A DNA stretch of 64,000 nucleotides, from positions 1,120,001-1,184,000 of the forward strand of contig CAVYYI010000001.1 in the NCBI GenBank assembly GCA_963772725.1. The letters are read 5' to 3'. This DNA comes from an uncultured Phycisphaerales bacterium (lineage in GTDB: Bacteria > Planctomycetota > Phycisphaerae > Sedimentisphaerales > Anaerobacaceae). Below the pieces are notes generated by a model, which was not told where the DNA came from, did not search any database, and saw only the letters and a list, made by a program, of their open reading frames with translations. Below are positions 28,320-40,801 of the stretch, in pieces (within the stretch, counting starts at the first letter, position 1; each line of letters begins with the position of its first letter). Position numbers and translations under genes: made by a program.

Positions 28320-29492
28320 TTATCCTGCCAGTAATCCAATCAATATCACACTGCCAAACACAGCAAGCCCCAGTAAATTAAAAATTATGCCCAGCACTGC
28401 AAAGACTCTTTTACGATGTTTCTTAAGCACTCCAATTATTCCAAGTATCAGACCTATCACATACCCAAGACCGCTGAACATTATAATCATACCCAATATC
28501 ATAGCTATAGGATATTCCCTATCGCCTATGCTACCATTAACAATATTAATAATTACCACAAAAACAAAAACTGCGAATACTGCCAGCCCAATTGCCAATG
28601 ATATCACGAAAGACGTAATCCCAACCCCTGAATGAACTGCAGCAACAGGTATATTCTGAAGTTGTTGAAGGTGTATAATCATTTTCTGTCTTGTCTGTGA
28701 TTCTGTAGTTGTTTCCGTAACTCCCGCAACCTGCCTTATATATTTGGCTGCAGCTTTCTGCATTGCTATCGGCCCCCGGTATGGACTAATTCTGCTGACA
28801 AATCGCCATACAAATATCAATGTGTTTTTAAACCATTTTATACGCAGATATTCCCGGTGTTTTTGCCATCCTTTCAACTCCGTTTCTATAAATGTCTCAC
28901 TACTTACAGGATAGGTTCTCAGTCCATTACTATGCAGGAATTCTAAGCTGCGTATATGCTCCAATAAAAGCGATTCGGCATCATCTCCAGGAAATACCTG
29001 GCGAAAATTCCACGGAGGACAAGGCATTAAAACTGAGCTGATTTCCCTGCTTGTTGTTAGACTTTTTGTGCCATTGTCCAAACTTGATTGAAAGGCAAAA
29101 GTGGTCTTGCCCCTGCCAGCTTCCACACGAACAATTGCCGCGGACACATTAATGTCTTCACGCACGAAGCCAACGATTGTCGCTGACAGATTTGGCACCT
29201 TCAATGCCGCGCCTGCAGGTTTAAAACCAAGAGTCGAAAATTTCTCCGCGAGCAAACTCACATCTTTTCTGCGAAGGTCTCTTACAATCGGTATAAGCTC
29301 TGCATTTCCGAAGATGTGACGAATAAAATAAAAACCCGGCATGAAAATAAAAACTATAAATACAAAACATCCCGGGAAGATCAACCACCCTATCCACCCT
29401 AAAGACCGAAATAATTCCGGCGGATTGAAAAATAAAAATCCAAAAGTCAAGCCAATAATAATTGGCAGAACTTTCCACAATATTTTATTCAT
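28320..29492 (-). CDS. Hypothetical membrane protein
   Basis: 390 aa; N- and C-terminal TM clusters. Confidence 0.7.
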   Translation of the reverse strand: MNKILWKVLPIIIGLTFGFLFFNPPELFRSLGWIGWLIFPGCFVFIVFIFMPGFYFIRHIFGNAELIPIVRDLRRKDVSLLAEKFSTLGFKPAGAALKVPNLSATIVGFVREDINVSAAIVRVEAGRGKTTFAFQSSLDNGTKSLTTSREISSVLMPCPPWNFRQVFPGDDAESLLLEHIRSLEFLHSNGLRTYPVSSETFIETELKGWQKHREYLRIKWFKNTLIFVWRFVSRISPYRGPIAMQKAAAKYIRQVAGVTETTTESQTRQKMIIHLQQLQNIPVAAVHSGVGITSFVISLAIGLAVFAVFVFVVIINIVNGSIGDREYPIAMILGMIIMFSGLGYVIGLILGIIGVLKKHRKRVFAVLGIIFNLLGLAVFGSVILIGLLAG

Positions 29493-29612
29493 ATCTTAAA
29501 CCTCTTAAAATCCATTTATATGCTCGAACCACTTTTGCAGGCACATAAATGTAAAGAAGTCATTCCGGTTCTCGGAATAGTGAATCTATTTCTTAAACAG
29601 GATGTTAATTCG

Positions 29613-30812
29613 TTATTTCAATGCCACTACTTCGGTGAACCGCACTAAAGTACCTGAAGACTGCGGATTCGACACTGAGACGCCGACCAGGCCGACTTTT
29701 TGCCCGATAAGTTTGCTCAAATCGGTTTTTGCCGCGGATTCGTCCGGCGTTGCGTAACAGATTATCTTGCCTGAATCGTCAACAATCAGATAACGCTTGG
29801 GCCCTGTCCCTGTATAAATATTTGAAATCTGCAGCCGCCCCATTACCGCGAACTTGCCGTAATTCTTAACTTCAGCAAGTTTCGCATCGCGGGCCGCGGC
29901 AATACCTTCCTGTGTCTTTTGCAGTTCTGTGTCCTGCTGCTTGACCTGTTTTCCAACCTCCAAAGCCAGTTCCGAGCTGCCTATTTGCTTAAGCGCAAAT
30001 TCGGAATATTTCGCGGCCTTGCCTGCGTCTTTATTGCTCGCTATCGCGCTGAATTTCTTCTTTAGGGTCGTATAATCCTGCTCTCCTATCGGCTTGGCAC
30101 GTTCAGCGGTCAATTGTTTGCTCAAATCGTAATATTCTCTCAACAGCCTCTGCTCCGCGCTCGGCTGTCCACGCACAGCAACGGCGTTTGGTTCACCTTT
30201 GCTTATTGCCTTTACTGTTCCGCCGAGAGGCTCCATCGGCTTTGTATATTGCGTACTGACCCATAGATATGCCCCTTCCGGCGGAGCAATCTTCACATAC
30301 CCTTCGCTTTCCTCGCCCAGCAGCCTAACAGTTTCATTCCTGTTTAATTTGAAATGAGGCGTCCACGAATGCATCGGTTTACGCTCATCTGAACCCGCGT
30401 AAACTCTGACATCGTCGCCGGCAATAATACCGACTCCGGGATTGTTCGGGTCAATATTCACATACTGCTTTGCTACCCAGGAAAAACACTTTTCCGGAGC
30501 AACGATATGCGACCAGCTATACTGATGACCAACTACTTTAATACGGTCACCTTTTTTAAGTTTTCCGCAGGTATAATAATTAGTGCCTGGCCCGGAACGA
30601 ACATACACGTTATCCTCTAACACCTCGGCAAAATAAGGTTCCTCCGCCACACCAACGCCATTCGCTTCGACGACAGGAGCCGCAAGCGGAGTTGCAGCCG
30701 CCGAAGAAGGGGCGACCGTGTTTGGACCCGGCTTTAACGAAGCCTGCTTTGAATAACCAACAGACACTAAACATACCACAGCAATCCATGCAAACAATAA
30801 TGAAAATCGCAT
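29613..30812 (-). CDS. Secreted tandem bacterial SH3-domain protein
   Basis: Signal peptide; VYVRSGPGTNYY, second SH3-like repeat, helical C-terminus. Confidence 0.8.
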   Translation of the reverse strand: MRFSLLFAWIAVVCLVSVGYSKQASLKPGPNTVAPSSAAATPLAAPVVEANGVGVAEEPYFAEVLEDNVYVRSGPGTNYYTCGKLKKGDRIKVVGHQYSWSHIVAPEKCFSWVAKQYVNIDPNNPGVGIIAGDDVRVYAGSDERKPMHSWTPHFKLNRNETVRLLGEESEGYVKIAPPEGAYLWVSTQYTKPMEPLGGTVKAISKGEPNAVAVRGQPSAEQRLLREYYDLSKQLTAERAKPIGEQDYTTLKKKFSAIASNKDAGKAAKYSEFALKQIGSSELALEVGKQVKQQDTELQKTQEGIAAARDAKLAEVKNYGKFAVMGRLQISNIYTGTGPKRYLIVDDSGKIICYATPDESAAKTDLSKLIGQKVGLVGVSVSNPQSSGTLVRFTEVVALK

Positions 30813-30926
30813 TTTTAATCTCCCTAAAAAAAATAGCGCCTTACTGAAAATTACCACTACCTGCATTTGTATAAATACTTAACACCCTTGCCGCCGCTTG
30901 TCAACTTTTTTATTCTTTAAAATATC

Positions 30927-32099
30927 TTACTTCCCCAGCCTCGAAAGCTCATCTCTGCACATCTTTAACTGCGCCTGGTTCGACAGCTTTTGTGCCGCCG
31001 ACTGCAAATACTTTACCGCCAGATCCGGCTTATTAAGATAACGCGAATACAATAATCCGAGCATTAATTCCACCTGGTCCCGATATTCGTATTTTGCGTA
31101 ATGAACCAAAAATGATTCATAAGCCATTGCGGCTTCCTGCTGCCTTCCCTGGCTGGCGAGCTGATTGGCGATATCAAGCAGGTGCTGCCGAGGCAGTATC
31201 TGTTCCCTGTCGAGTTCCATTAGTCTCAAATACCCATCGGCGGCCAAAGCCAGGTTATGCTGAGCAATGCTCGCGGCTATCTCCCCGCGAACCCGTGCGA
31301 TTTCTTCATCTCGCCGCAGCTCAGTCTCGGTCTTTTTTACTTCCTTTGCAATAACTTTTTTCGACCAGTAATCCTGAGCAGTAAAAGGGTCGTATCCCCC
31401 CGCGACCGCATCCCGATACGCTCGCCTGCGATTCCACTGCCTGAGCATCGACCATAAATCAAAGCCGCTGTGGCTTATTATACCAACCGAAAGCAAACAC
31501 AACATTGTTAAAATACCGAAAGCATACCCCGAAAGATCAGCCCCGTGAGCTATCCCCGGAATATTTCGTTCAATAATATTATCCCATACGATTAACTTAA
31601 AACCGATAAATCCCAAAGCTGGTATTTCTATGGTATCAATGTAAAATATCAGCCAGTAAAAAACAGTAATCAATGTTTGCGGGAAAAGCACAAGATACGC
31701 CCCTGTTACCGCCGCGACCGCCCCGCTTGCGCCAAGCACAGAATAATCAGTAATTAAAACATGCCCGATACCGCTGAAAACCGCGCCAGCCAGGTAAAAA
31801 CATAAATACCCGATATGGCCAAGCTTATCGTTGACACTGTTGCCGAAAAGATACAAAAAGAACATATTGCCGAGTATGTGCCAGAGATTTGCGTGGAGAA
31901 AAGCATACGTTACAAACTGCCATATCCTCGGCTGAAGCGGTACAAGCGAAAATGTATCCACCCAAGGCCCGAAAACTTTCGGCATACCCCACGGGCTGTA
32001 AAGTGCGAAAATCAACACATTCAACGCTATCAGCCCGTAGTTAGCGTAAGGCGTCCTAATCGACTTTATATTCGTCCTGATTGGCAGTATTATAAGCAT
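30927..32099 (-). CDS. Rhomboid intramembrane serine protease with C-terminal TPR-like region
   Basis: FLHANLWHILGNMFFL, GASGAV. Confidence 0.88.
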   Translation of the reverse strand: MLIILPIRTNIKSIRTPYANYGLIALNVLIFALYSPWGMPKVFGPWVDTFSLVPLQPRIWQFVTYAFLHANLWHILGNMFFLYLFGNSVNDKLGHIGYLCFYLAGAVFSGIGHVLITDYSVLGASGAVAAVTGAYLVLFPQTLITVFYWLIFYIDTIEIPALGFIGFKLIVWDNIIERNIPGIAHGADLSGYAFGILTMLCLLSVGIISHSGFDLWSMLRQWNRRRAYRDAVAGGYDPFTAQDYWSKKVIAKEVKKTETELRRDEEIARVRGEIAASIAQHNLALAADGYLRLMELDREQILPRQHLLDIANQLASQGRQQEAAMAYESFLVHYAKYEYRDQVELMLGLLYSRYLNKPDLAVKYLQSAAQKLSNQAQLKMCRDELSRLGK

Positions 32100-32281
32100 A
32101 ATTCATTTAACCAACGTAAAACTGTTCAAACTTAAAAACGCCATATTCTAATACGAAAAACACGCTTATACAAGGATTAAAGCGTGAAACTGGCGGGCAG
32201 CTCGTAAATATGTCCAAAAAAGGAAAAAAGCTTATTTTTTTTGTTTTTTCGGCAAGGACATATTATAATATCTTCTGAAAT

Positions 32282-32906
32282 ATGACTACAGAGAAGAAAA
32301 GAAAAACAGCTAAGGCCTTATCTCTGGCAGTGATTATCACAGGCGTTATAGTTATAGCGGGCTGGATATTTGATATCGCTATATTAAAGAGTATTTCGCC
32401 GGCGTGGGTTTCAATGAAATTTGATACGGCAATCGCTTTTCTCCTCAGCGGTATCAGTCTTTATTTTATTGTCAGGGCTTTGGAAGGCGAATTCGACAAG
32501 GCACAAGTCGCCCTTTCCAGTAATCTCTCTGATTATTATTCTTCTTATGGGAACATTATTTTTCTCCACTCTTTTTAAGCTCCATACAGGAACTGAAGAT
32601 TTATTTATTAAAGATTCGCCTGACGCTGCAAAGACCGTAATACCCGGCCAGCCCTCGCTGCCCACGGCTGTAAATTTCATATTGATTGCCCTGGCCGCCA
32701 TTTTAACTACCCTGAACCCCAAAAAAATCTCTTTAAAGCTCAGACTTATCGGTTTCATTGTTGCCGCAATCGGTATCATAGCTATAGTCGGATACATTAT
32801 TAATGCTCCATCCCTTTATTACTATATCGAAGACAGGAATTCCGCCATGGCCTGCCACACCGCCGGATTATTTGTCTTATTGGGAACAGGATTGCTATGT
32901 CTATAA
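32282..32906 (+). CDS. Multi-pass membrane protein (frameshift near 32515), probable sensor-associated
   Basis: ORFs 32282-32578 and 32421-32906 join; SMKFDTAIAF and MACHTA resemble kinase TM input modules. Confidence 0.65.
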
Positions 32907-35900
32907 AACTTAAACTTACCATTATGTTCCTGGCTATTGCGGTAATCCCCCTGCTTTTCGTCAGTGTCTTAACCTACACTAATTATAAAAATTCCCTCGA
33001 AGCGAATCGCATCGATGATTTGCAGAATATCGCCGCCTTTAAGGCGGATAAAATAGAAACATACTTCGCCGGATTAAAGGCCCACATAACAATAGCCCAA
33101 AGCTACTACAATATTAAGAAAAATCTTCCCATACTATCCCGCTTTGCAGATGACCCCAGCAATACGCAATTTTTTGCCGCTAAAAAAATGCTTGATGGGC
33201 AATTACAGCAGATGCAGTCACTTTCAGATGTGACTGATATTATGCTGGTTAATCCGAAAGGGAAAGTTGTTTACTCAACTAATCCTGCCCATTCAAAATT
33301 CTTTTTGAATCCGCTTTCCGACCCGGAACAGAAAGCCTTTGAACAAGGCAGAAACAGCGTTTATTTTTCGGATATCTTTTCAAATCCGGAAAATAACAAT
33401 AAGCCCGGAATACTGATTACTGCACCGGCTGTCGATTTTAACGACACTTTCATCGGAATTATTGCGTTTGAAGTTGATATGGCCCCCATTTATAATCTGA
33501 TAGAAGATAGAACGGGGCTCGGGAAAACTGGCGAAACCCTCATTGGTAAAAAAATAGGCAATCAGGCCGTATTTCTAAATCCATTAAGATATGACCCAAA
33601 TATAGTCCTTGAAAGTAAAATCAATATAGGAGGCAAGTCTGGCCATCCCATCATGGAGGCTGTTCAGGGCAAAACAGGGGCAGGCCGCGATATTGATTAT
33701 CGTGGCAAAAAAGTTATTGCCGCCTGGCGTTATATACCATCCTTAGACTGGGGAATGGTCACTAAAATCGACACAAAAGAAGCCTTCGCTGAGATAACTA
33801 ATTTAAGAAACCTGATGCTGATAATTCTGGCAATCGTTTGTTCTTTAAGCTCTGTAATGGCGTTCTCCATCGCACAGTCAATTTCAGTGCCTATCGAAAA
33901 ACTGGCTAAAGGAACGCAGATAATCGGAAGCGGAAATTTAGACGTCCAATTAGCGACTAATTCAAAGGACGAAATCGGCCAGCTTTCAAGGTCATTCGAT
34001 AAAATGACCTATTATTTAAAAACCACAACTGCCTCAAGAGATGAATTAAACAGGGAAATCGACGAAAGAAAACATGCTGAAATTGCACTGCGGGAAAGTC
34101 AGGCCGACCTGAACCGCGCACAGGCTGTTGCGCATATCGGAAGCTGGCGACTGGATATCAGGAAAAATATTTTAACATGGTCTGACGAAAATCATAAAAT
34201 CTTCGGCATTCCCAAAGGCACGCCGATGACTTATGAGACATTTCTGACTGCCATTCATCCCGATGACAGGGATTACGTCGATAAAAAATGGCAGGCCGCT
34301 CTGAAAGGTGAGCCTTATGATATAGAACATCGAATCGTTGTTGAGGGACAGCTAAAGTGGGTATTTGAAAAAGCTTATCTTGAATTCACCGAAGACGGTG
34401 AACTTTTAGGTGGTTTCGGCATCACTCAGGATATTTCTGAACGCAAGCAGGCCGAAGACGCTATTCGCAGAAGTGCGGAACGCTTTGAAATCCTTTCTGA
34501 AACCGCAGGACAACTTCTCCAAAGCAAGCAGCCGCAAAATATTGTAAATGCCCTTTGCGCAAGGGTAATGAATCATCTCAACTGCCACATCTTCATCAAT
34601 TATCTCGTTGATGAACAAATTCATCGCCTGCACCTCAATACTTTCGGCGGAATTACCGACCAAACCGCAAAAAAAATCGAATGGCTCGATTTCGGTCAGG
34701 CTATCTGTGGATGTGTCGTAAGAGATGGAAAACCAATTATCGCCGAAAATATTCAGCAGTCCTGCGACGCTCGCGCGGACCTTGTCCGTTCGTTCGGTAT
34801 CAGAGCTTACGCCTGCCATCCCATTATGTCACAGGGTAAAGTATCGGGAACATTATCCTTCGGGACAAAAGCAAGAACCACCTTCGGCCCAGACGATTTA
34901 TCGCTGATGAAAAGCGTTACCGACCAGGTCGCCGTCGCTATGGAACGAATCAGAGCAGAAGAACAACTCCAAAAAGCCAACGAAACTCTCGAAGAAACCG
35001 TTCGACAGCGCACCAGCGAGTTAACCCTTACAGTTGAGACACTTGAAAAAACGGAAAAAATCATTAAGTCCGAACGTAAGCGTTTCGAAAACGTTCTCGA
35101 AATGATGCCCGCCTACGCCGTTCTGCTCACTCCCGATTATCGCGTCGCTTACGCCAATCACACCTTCCGTGAATGGTTCGGCAATGACAACGGAAAGAAA
35201 TGCCATGAGTTTCTATTTAATCTTGCAGAACCCTGCGAAAACTGCCAGACTTATAATGTTCTCAAAACCAACAAATCACAGTTCTGGGAATGGACCGGCC
35301 CCAACGACCATAATTACGACATCTACGATTATCCCTTCACCGACACAGACGGCTCACCTCTGATTATGGAAATCGGTGTCGATGTTACCGCTCACAAACA
35401 GGCACAAGAGGCTTTGCGGGCGTCATCACTATATTCACGAAGCCTTATCGAATCTTCTCTCAACCCGCTTGTAACAATCAGCGCCGATGGAAAAATTACA
35501 GATGTTAATGAAGCAACTGTGAATGTTACAGGTATTCCGCGAAATAATCTTATTGGTACGGACTTTTCAAATTATTTCACACAACCCCAAAAAGCGAGAG
35601 AAGGTTATCAGCAGGTATTTGCAAAGGGATTCGTTACAGACTATCCTCTGACAATTCGCCACAAAAACGGCAAACTTACTGACGTTCTTTATAACGCCGC
35701 TGTTTATACGGATACACACGGCAATGTCATCGGCGTTTTTGCAGCCGCCCGCGATATCACCGAGCGTAAAGCTGCTCAAGAAAAACAAACCTTTACAAAT
35801 TCGCTACTCGAACTGTTCGCCAGGAAAACCTCCCGAAAAAAATATCTCGATGCCACTGTAAATGTTATTCGGCAATGGTCAGGATGTGAATTTGTCGGCA

Positions 35901-37073
35901 TTCGAATAAAAGACAATCAGGGCAATATCCCTTATGAATCGCAGACAGGTTTCGACAAAGACTTTTTGGCACTCGAAAATGCGATCAATCTCGAACGAGA
36001 TAACTGTTTTTGCATTCGCGCAATTAAGGGGCATGCTCTCTATCAGGAAAAAAAATTAATAACCGCCGGCGGCGCTTTTTTACTGCAATGATTCCGGCGC
36101 TTTCCTGGCGGGACTTACAACCGAGCAGGCAAAAGATTATCGCGGCATCTGCATAAAAATGGGGTTTAATTCCATTGCCGTCATTCCAATTCGTTACGGC
36201 AATGAAGTCATCGGCGCTATCCATCTTACCGACCATAATAAGGATATGGTTGCTTTGCCAAAAATTCAGTTTATCGAATCAACCATGGCACCGCTCATCG
36301 GGGAGGCCGTTCGGAAATTCAACGCGGAGGCAGAACTCGAAAAATATCGTCTCGGCCTCGAGGAATTAGTCAAACATCGCACGGAAGAACTGACAAGGTC
36401 AAATAAAGACCTCGAACAATTCGCCTATGTCGCAAGCCACGACCTTCAGGAGCCTCTGCGGGCAGTAGGCGGTTTTACCGAACTGCTCAATCGCCGTTTG
36501 AAAGAAAAAACTGACGAGCGCTCCCAGGAATATATGCGATTCGTCATTGATGGCGTCGTAAGAATGCAGTCGCTTATCAGCGGCCTTCTCGAGTACTCAC
36601 GCATCGGAACTCGCGGCAAAACTCCCGAACCCATAAATATAATAGCTTCCATCGACCGCGCCATTATGAACCTCCATGCAGCTATCCGTGAATCCTCCGC
36701 TGAAATTACTATTGATTCCCTGCCTACTGTAAATGCCGACGCGACACAGATGGCTCAAGTCTTCCAGAACCTTCTCGGTAACGCCATTAAATTCAGAGGC
36801 GAACAGCCCCTCAAAATACATATTTCTGCGACTCGCGACACAGACTTCTGGCGCTTTGCCGTAAAAGATAACGGCATAGGCATCAATCCCCAGTATTCCG
36901 AAAGAATATTCCTTATCTTCCAGCGGCTTCACACACGTGAAAAATATCCAGGCACAGGCATCGGTCTGGCACTTTGTAAAAAAATCGTGGAACGCCACGG
37001 TGGAAAAATATGGGTCGAATCCATGCCCGGACTGGGTTCAACTTTCTACTTTACTATTCCGGTTGGAGGTTAA
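32897..37073 (+). CDS. Multi-sensor histidine kinase (Cache-HAMP-PAS-GAF-PAS-PAS-GAF-HisKA-HATPase; frameshift near 36080)
   Basis: [38 protein letters not shown]-box; [29 protein letters not shown]. Confidence 0.9.
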
Positions 37074-37078
37074 CTATC

Positions 37079-37531
37079 GTGTTAAATTTATCAAATGGCA
37101 GACTGGTTGAGATTTTGCTCGTCGAAGACAGCCCCAGCGACGCCGCTCTTACCGTAGAGGCGCTCGAAGCCGGCAAAATCGCAAATACACTTAATCGCGT
37201 CGAAGACGGCGTCGAAGCGATGGATTATCTTCATCGCAAAGGCAAATACGCCAATGCCGCACGCCCCGATTTGATTCTGCTTGACCTCAATCTCCCACGC
37301 AAAGACGGCCGCGAGGTTTTGCATGAATTGAAAAACGACCCTGCCCTTAGAATGATTCCTATCGTCGTTCTAACTACCTCGCATGCAGAGCAGGATGTCA
37401 TTCAATCCTATGAATCGCACGCCAACTGCTATATAACCAAACCCGTCAGTTTTGAGCAGTTTATAAATGTTGTAAAATCAATAGAACAATTTTGGTTAAC
37501 GGTCGTCAGTTTGCCGCCTAATAATAAATAA
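37079..37531 (+). CDS. Stand-alone response regulator (Rcp1-like)
   Basis: [39 protein letters not shown]. Confidence 0.93.
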   Translation: MLNLSNGRLVEILLVEDSPSDAALTVEALEAGKIANTLNRVEDGVEAMDYLHRKGKYANAARPDLILLDLNLPRKDGREVLHELKNDPALRMIPIVVLTTSHAEQDVIQSYESHANCYITKPVSFEQFINVVKSIEQFWLTVVSLPPNNK

Positions 37532-37631
37532 GAGTCTTGCAAAAATGTGAACAAACATATACTATTTAAAAAAATCGCAGAGCGATTTTCTTAAAATAAT
37601 AAATTTTTTCTGCTAAAGCTAAATTATAAAA

Positions 37632-39268
37632 ATGTCAGAAAAACCTTTGGAAATCCTGCTTATCGAAGATAACCCCGCCGATGCCGTACTGTTTCAGGAA
37701 ACTATAATGCAAAATGAGCCGGATACATTTCACGTTACCGTTGCCCCGAGTTTCGCTGTCGCCACAGATTATCTTAAAAACACTGTTTTTGACGCTATGC
37801 TCCTGGACTTGTCCCTGCCTGACAGCAGCGGTTTAGACACTGTTTTCAGGGCCCGCAATATTTCACCCAACATCCCCGTCGTCGTTCTCACCGGCATCGC
37901 CGATGAAACCATAGGTACCGAGGCCATTCGTCACGGAGTTCAGGATTATCTTGTTAAAGGACAGGCCGATACCCAGCAGATTTCAAGAGCCATTCGTTAT
38001 GCCATCGAACGCAAAATCGCTCAAAACGAGCGTGAAATCTCCATTGAACTTCTCAAGCTCGTAAATTCCAATCGTACAGTCGATGATGTTATCAAAGCCG
38101 CCGTTGCTTTCTTCAGGGAAAAAACAGGCTGTGACGCCACCGGCATTAGCCTTAAACACGGTGAAGATTATCCTTTTAGTAATTCCGCCGGCTTTTCAGA
38201 ACAGTCTGTCGCATCTCAAAACTCTGTTCTAATTCGTAACAAATACGAAAACTACGCCTTAAACTATACAAACCTTAACATAATTCTCAACCGCCTCAAA
38301 TCTGTCGGCCACCTTTTTACAGATAACGGTTCTTTCTGGACAAATAACGCTTCACGATTTCTTGACAGCATCGAAGATTCAGACCGGCGGCAGCAAATAA
38401 AATCTTTTTGCAACCTCGAAAGTTTTGAATCCGCCGCTATCATTCCCCTGCGCGTCGGAAACGAACCGATAGGCATTATTCAAATACACGACCGCCGCAA
38501 GGAAAAATTCACCGCTGAGGCAATTCATCTTTGGGAGCGATTGTCGGATACTTTCGCGATTGCACTGGCCAAACTCCAGGCCGACGATGCCCTTCGACGA
38601 AGTGAAGAGCAGCAGCACATCGAGCAGGAAGTCCTTATGGCTATCGAGGCACAGCAGCGGGACATCGGCCAAAATCTCCATGACAGCATCCAAGGCAGTC
38701 TCGCCGGAATCAAATTTTTGCTCGAATCACTAAAAAGAACCTTAAATAAGAACTCCGCCCAAACCTCTGATATTGCTAAGGAAGTTGATGGAATAATAGA
38801 CATAGTCAGGCAGACCGTCAACCAGACAAGGGCGCTTGCCCGCGGCTCAATCCCATTGAGATAAAGGATGGAAACCTGACAACCGTTCTCCACAATCTCG
38901 TATCGAACACTGCTAATTTTTCACACATTGATTGCAGCCTGGAATGTGACGACACAATTCCACCGCAAGGCAAAACCGCCGCAACACAGCTTTATTACAT
39001 CTGTCAGGAGGCTATCAACAACGCCCTAAAACATAGCAAATGCAAAACAATTACGATTTCCCTGCATAACCGTGATGGCTCCTTACAACTTATTGTCGAA
39101 GACGACGGAATCGGCCTGCCAAAGGATTTAGGAATTGATAAGGGAATCGGCATGTGGACAATGACGTGTCGGGCTAAAATGATTGGCGCTGCTCTCGAAA
39201 TTCGCAGACGTAAGCCCTCCGGCACCGTTGTGGACTGCCGCCTTGCACAAATCGAAATACACAGTTAA
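37632..39268 (+). CDS. Receiver-GAF-HisKA_3 hybrid kinase (frameshift near 38850)
   Basis: LLDLSLPDSSG receiver; DIGQNLHDSIQG; downstream frame QEAINNALKHS, EDDGIG, GIGM. Confidence 0.85.
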
Positions 39269-39552
39269 GCCATGTTGTCTCCTGAAAATCCGAAGTTTAA
39301 TGTAATTTTATTTTTATATGATTCGCCCTTTTTGACCTGTTAAAACAGGTTTTTCACTTTATCAGGCCTTTTACGGTATAATTATTTGTTATAAATGATA
39401 TTTTTCTGTTGCATATTTTAATTATTATGTTCTAATGGCAATAGTTTAGACAAAAGGGGCTGTATTATTCCATCTGTCGGTAGTACCTCCCTAAGAAATA
39501 AAGGCAGAGATTTATTTGATTGCTCTTGAAAAAGGGCAAAGGAGAAATGCAA

Positions 39553-39756
39553 GTGAGTAAAGGTACAGTAAAATGGTTTAACGCATCCAAAGGTTTCGGA
39601 TTTATTGCTCCTGATGATGGAGGCGCAGATTTGTTCGTCCATCATTCGGAAATTAAGACCAACGGCTACGCGACTCTCGATGAAGGCCAAAAGGTTGATT
39701 TCGAGGTCGGACAGGGCAAAAAAGGCCCATGCGCGACCAACGTCGTTCCCAGCTAA
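39553..39756 (+). CDS. cspA: Cold-shock protein
   Basis: [41 protein letters not shown] at 39541. Confidence 0.95.
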   Translation: MSKGTVKWFNASKGFGFIAPDDGGADLFVHHSEIKTNGYATLDEGQKVDFEVGQGKKGPCATNVVPS

Positions 39757-39783
39757 CAAAATTAGTTAAAACGGTGTAAAACA

Positions 39784-39813
39784 AAGGCCCCGCTGATTTG
39801 CGGGGCTTTTTTT
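39784..39813 (+). terminator. Rho-independent terminator
   Basis: ggccccgc-tgattt-gcggggct followed by a T-run after the csp gene. Confidence 0.85.
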
Positions 39814-39830
39814 ATCTAAAAAGCGGACGG

Positions 39831-40153
39831 TCAATACCAAATCGTAATTATGATGTTCGGCTCGGTATTCTTACCCTGAACTTCGCCTGTCGTTGTACTT
39901 GTCTGCTTTACAATAACTCCAGGATTATTCCTCAGCCAGTCTGTAATCTGTTCATCGAGAAAAGGTAATGCTCCGGGGTGCAGTTTCGTAAAGAAAGTCT
40001 TAACGCCGGTAATACGGTCTCCCGAAACTGTCTGTTTTTTATCCAGCGGCCTCGCCGATGGCGCGGTCACAGGCGCAGGTCCCCGCCGCCATCAAACGGA
40101 ATTGGTTTATTACGCTCGTCCGCCGGGGGATTGTTAATGTTTGAATTATCCAT
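39831..40153 (-). CDS. Hypothetical protein (frameshift near 40080)
   Basis: MDNSNINNPPADERNKPIPFD joins the frame encoding RITGVKTFFTKLHPGA...IITIWY. Confidence 0.6.
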
Positions 40154-40317
40154 AATCCGGTCTCCCTTAAAAATTATTTATATTCAAACCTGCCTTGCCT
40201 TGCGCAATATCTTATCATATTTACCGCCAGTGTTAAAAGTTTTTATTAAATTTTATCTTTTGCTCTTTCCACCGGCATTATATAATAACGGCGTTACATA
40301 TTTTAAGGGAATTTAAT

Positions 40318-40713
40318 ATGAAAAGACAAATACTCGGATTGTCAGTCATAGCTGTTATATGTTTATGCCTGTGCGGCTGCGTCGAACGCCGCCTCACTAT
40401 AAATACCCAGCCGCAGGGTGCGGTAGTCCTGTTAAACGATGAGGAAATCGGCGAATCGCCCGTTACAACATCCTTCAACTGGTACGGCGATTATAACGTC
40501 AAGATAAGTAAGCCCGGTTTTGAAACATTAAAAACCCATCGCCTGCTCAAAGGCCCATGGTACGACAAATTCCCATTCGACTTTTTCGCACAGGTCATCA
40601 TTCCAAAAAGAATCGTCAATAGTTACGACTGGGCTTTTGAACTTAAACAGGAAACCCCTCCAAATCGCGAAAAACTTATTAACGACGCAGAAAACCTCAA
40701 AAAACAGCTTTAA
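40318..40713 (+). CDS. PEGA-domain lipoprotein
   Basis: LCGC lipobox; LTINTQPQGAVVLLNDEEIGESP...KISKPGFET. Confidence 0.88.
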   Translation: MKRQILGLSVIAVICLCLCGCVERRLTINTQPQGAVVLLNDEEIGESPVTTSFNWYGDYNVKISKPGFETLKTHRLLKGPWYDKFPFDFFAQVIIPKRIVNSYDWAFELKQETPPNREKLINDAENLKKQL

Positions 40714-40801
40714 CCCGCCAAATGCCCCGCCATCCCGTTTAGCCGTAGCCGCCATGCGGTGAGCAGAGTCGAACCGAACGGCGACACCGTTTCCGGAATT
40801 A

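Noticed and set aside
36050..36090. Programmed frameshift in the kinase at A/T runs
   Set aside because: Homopolymer indel amid many similar breaks; sequencing error is more parsimonious
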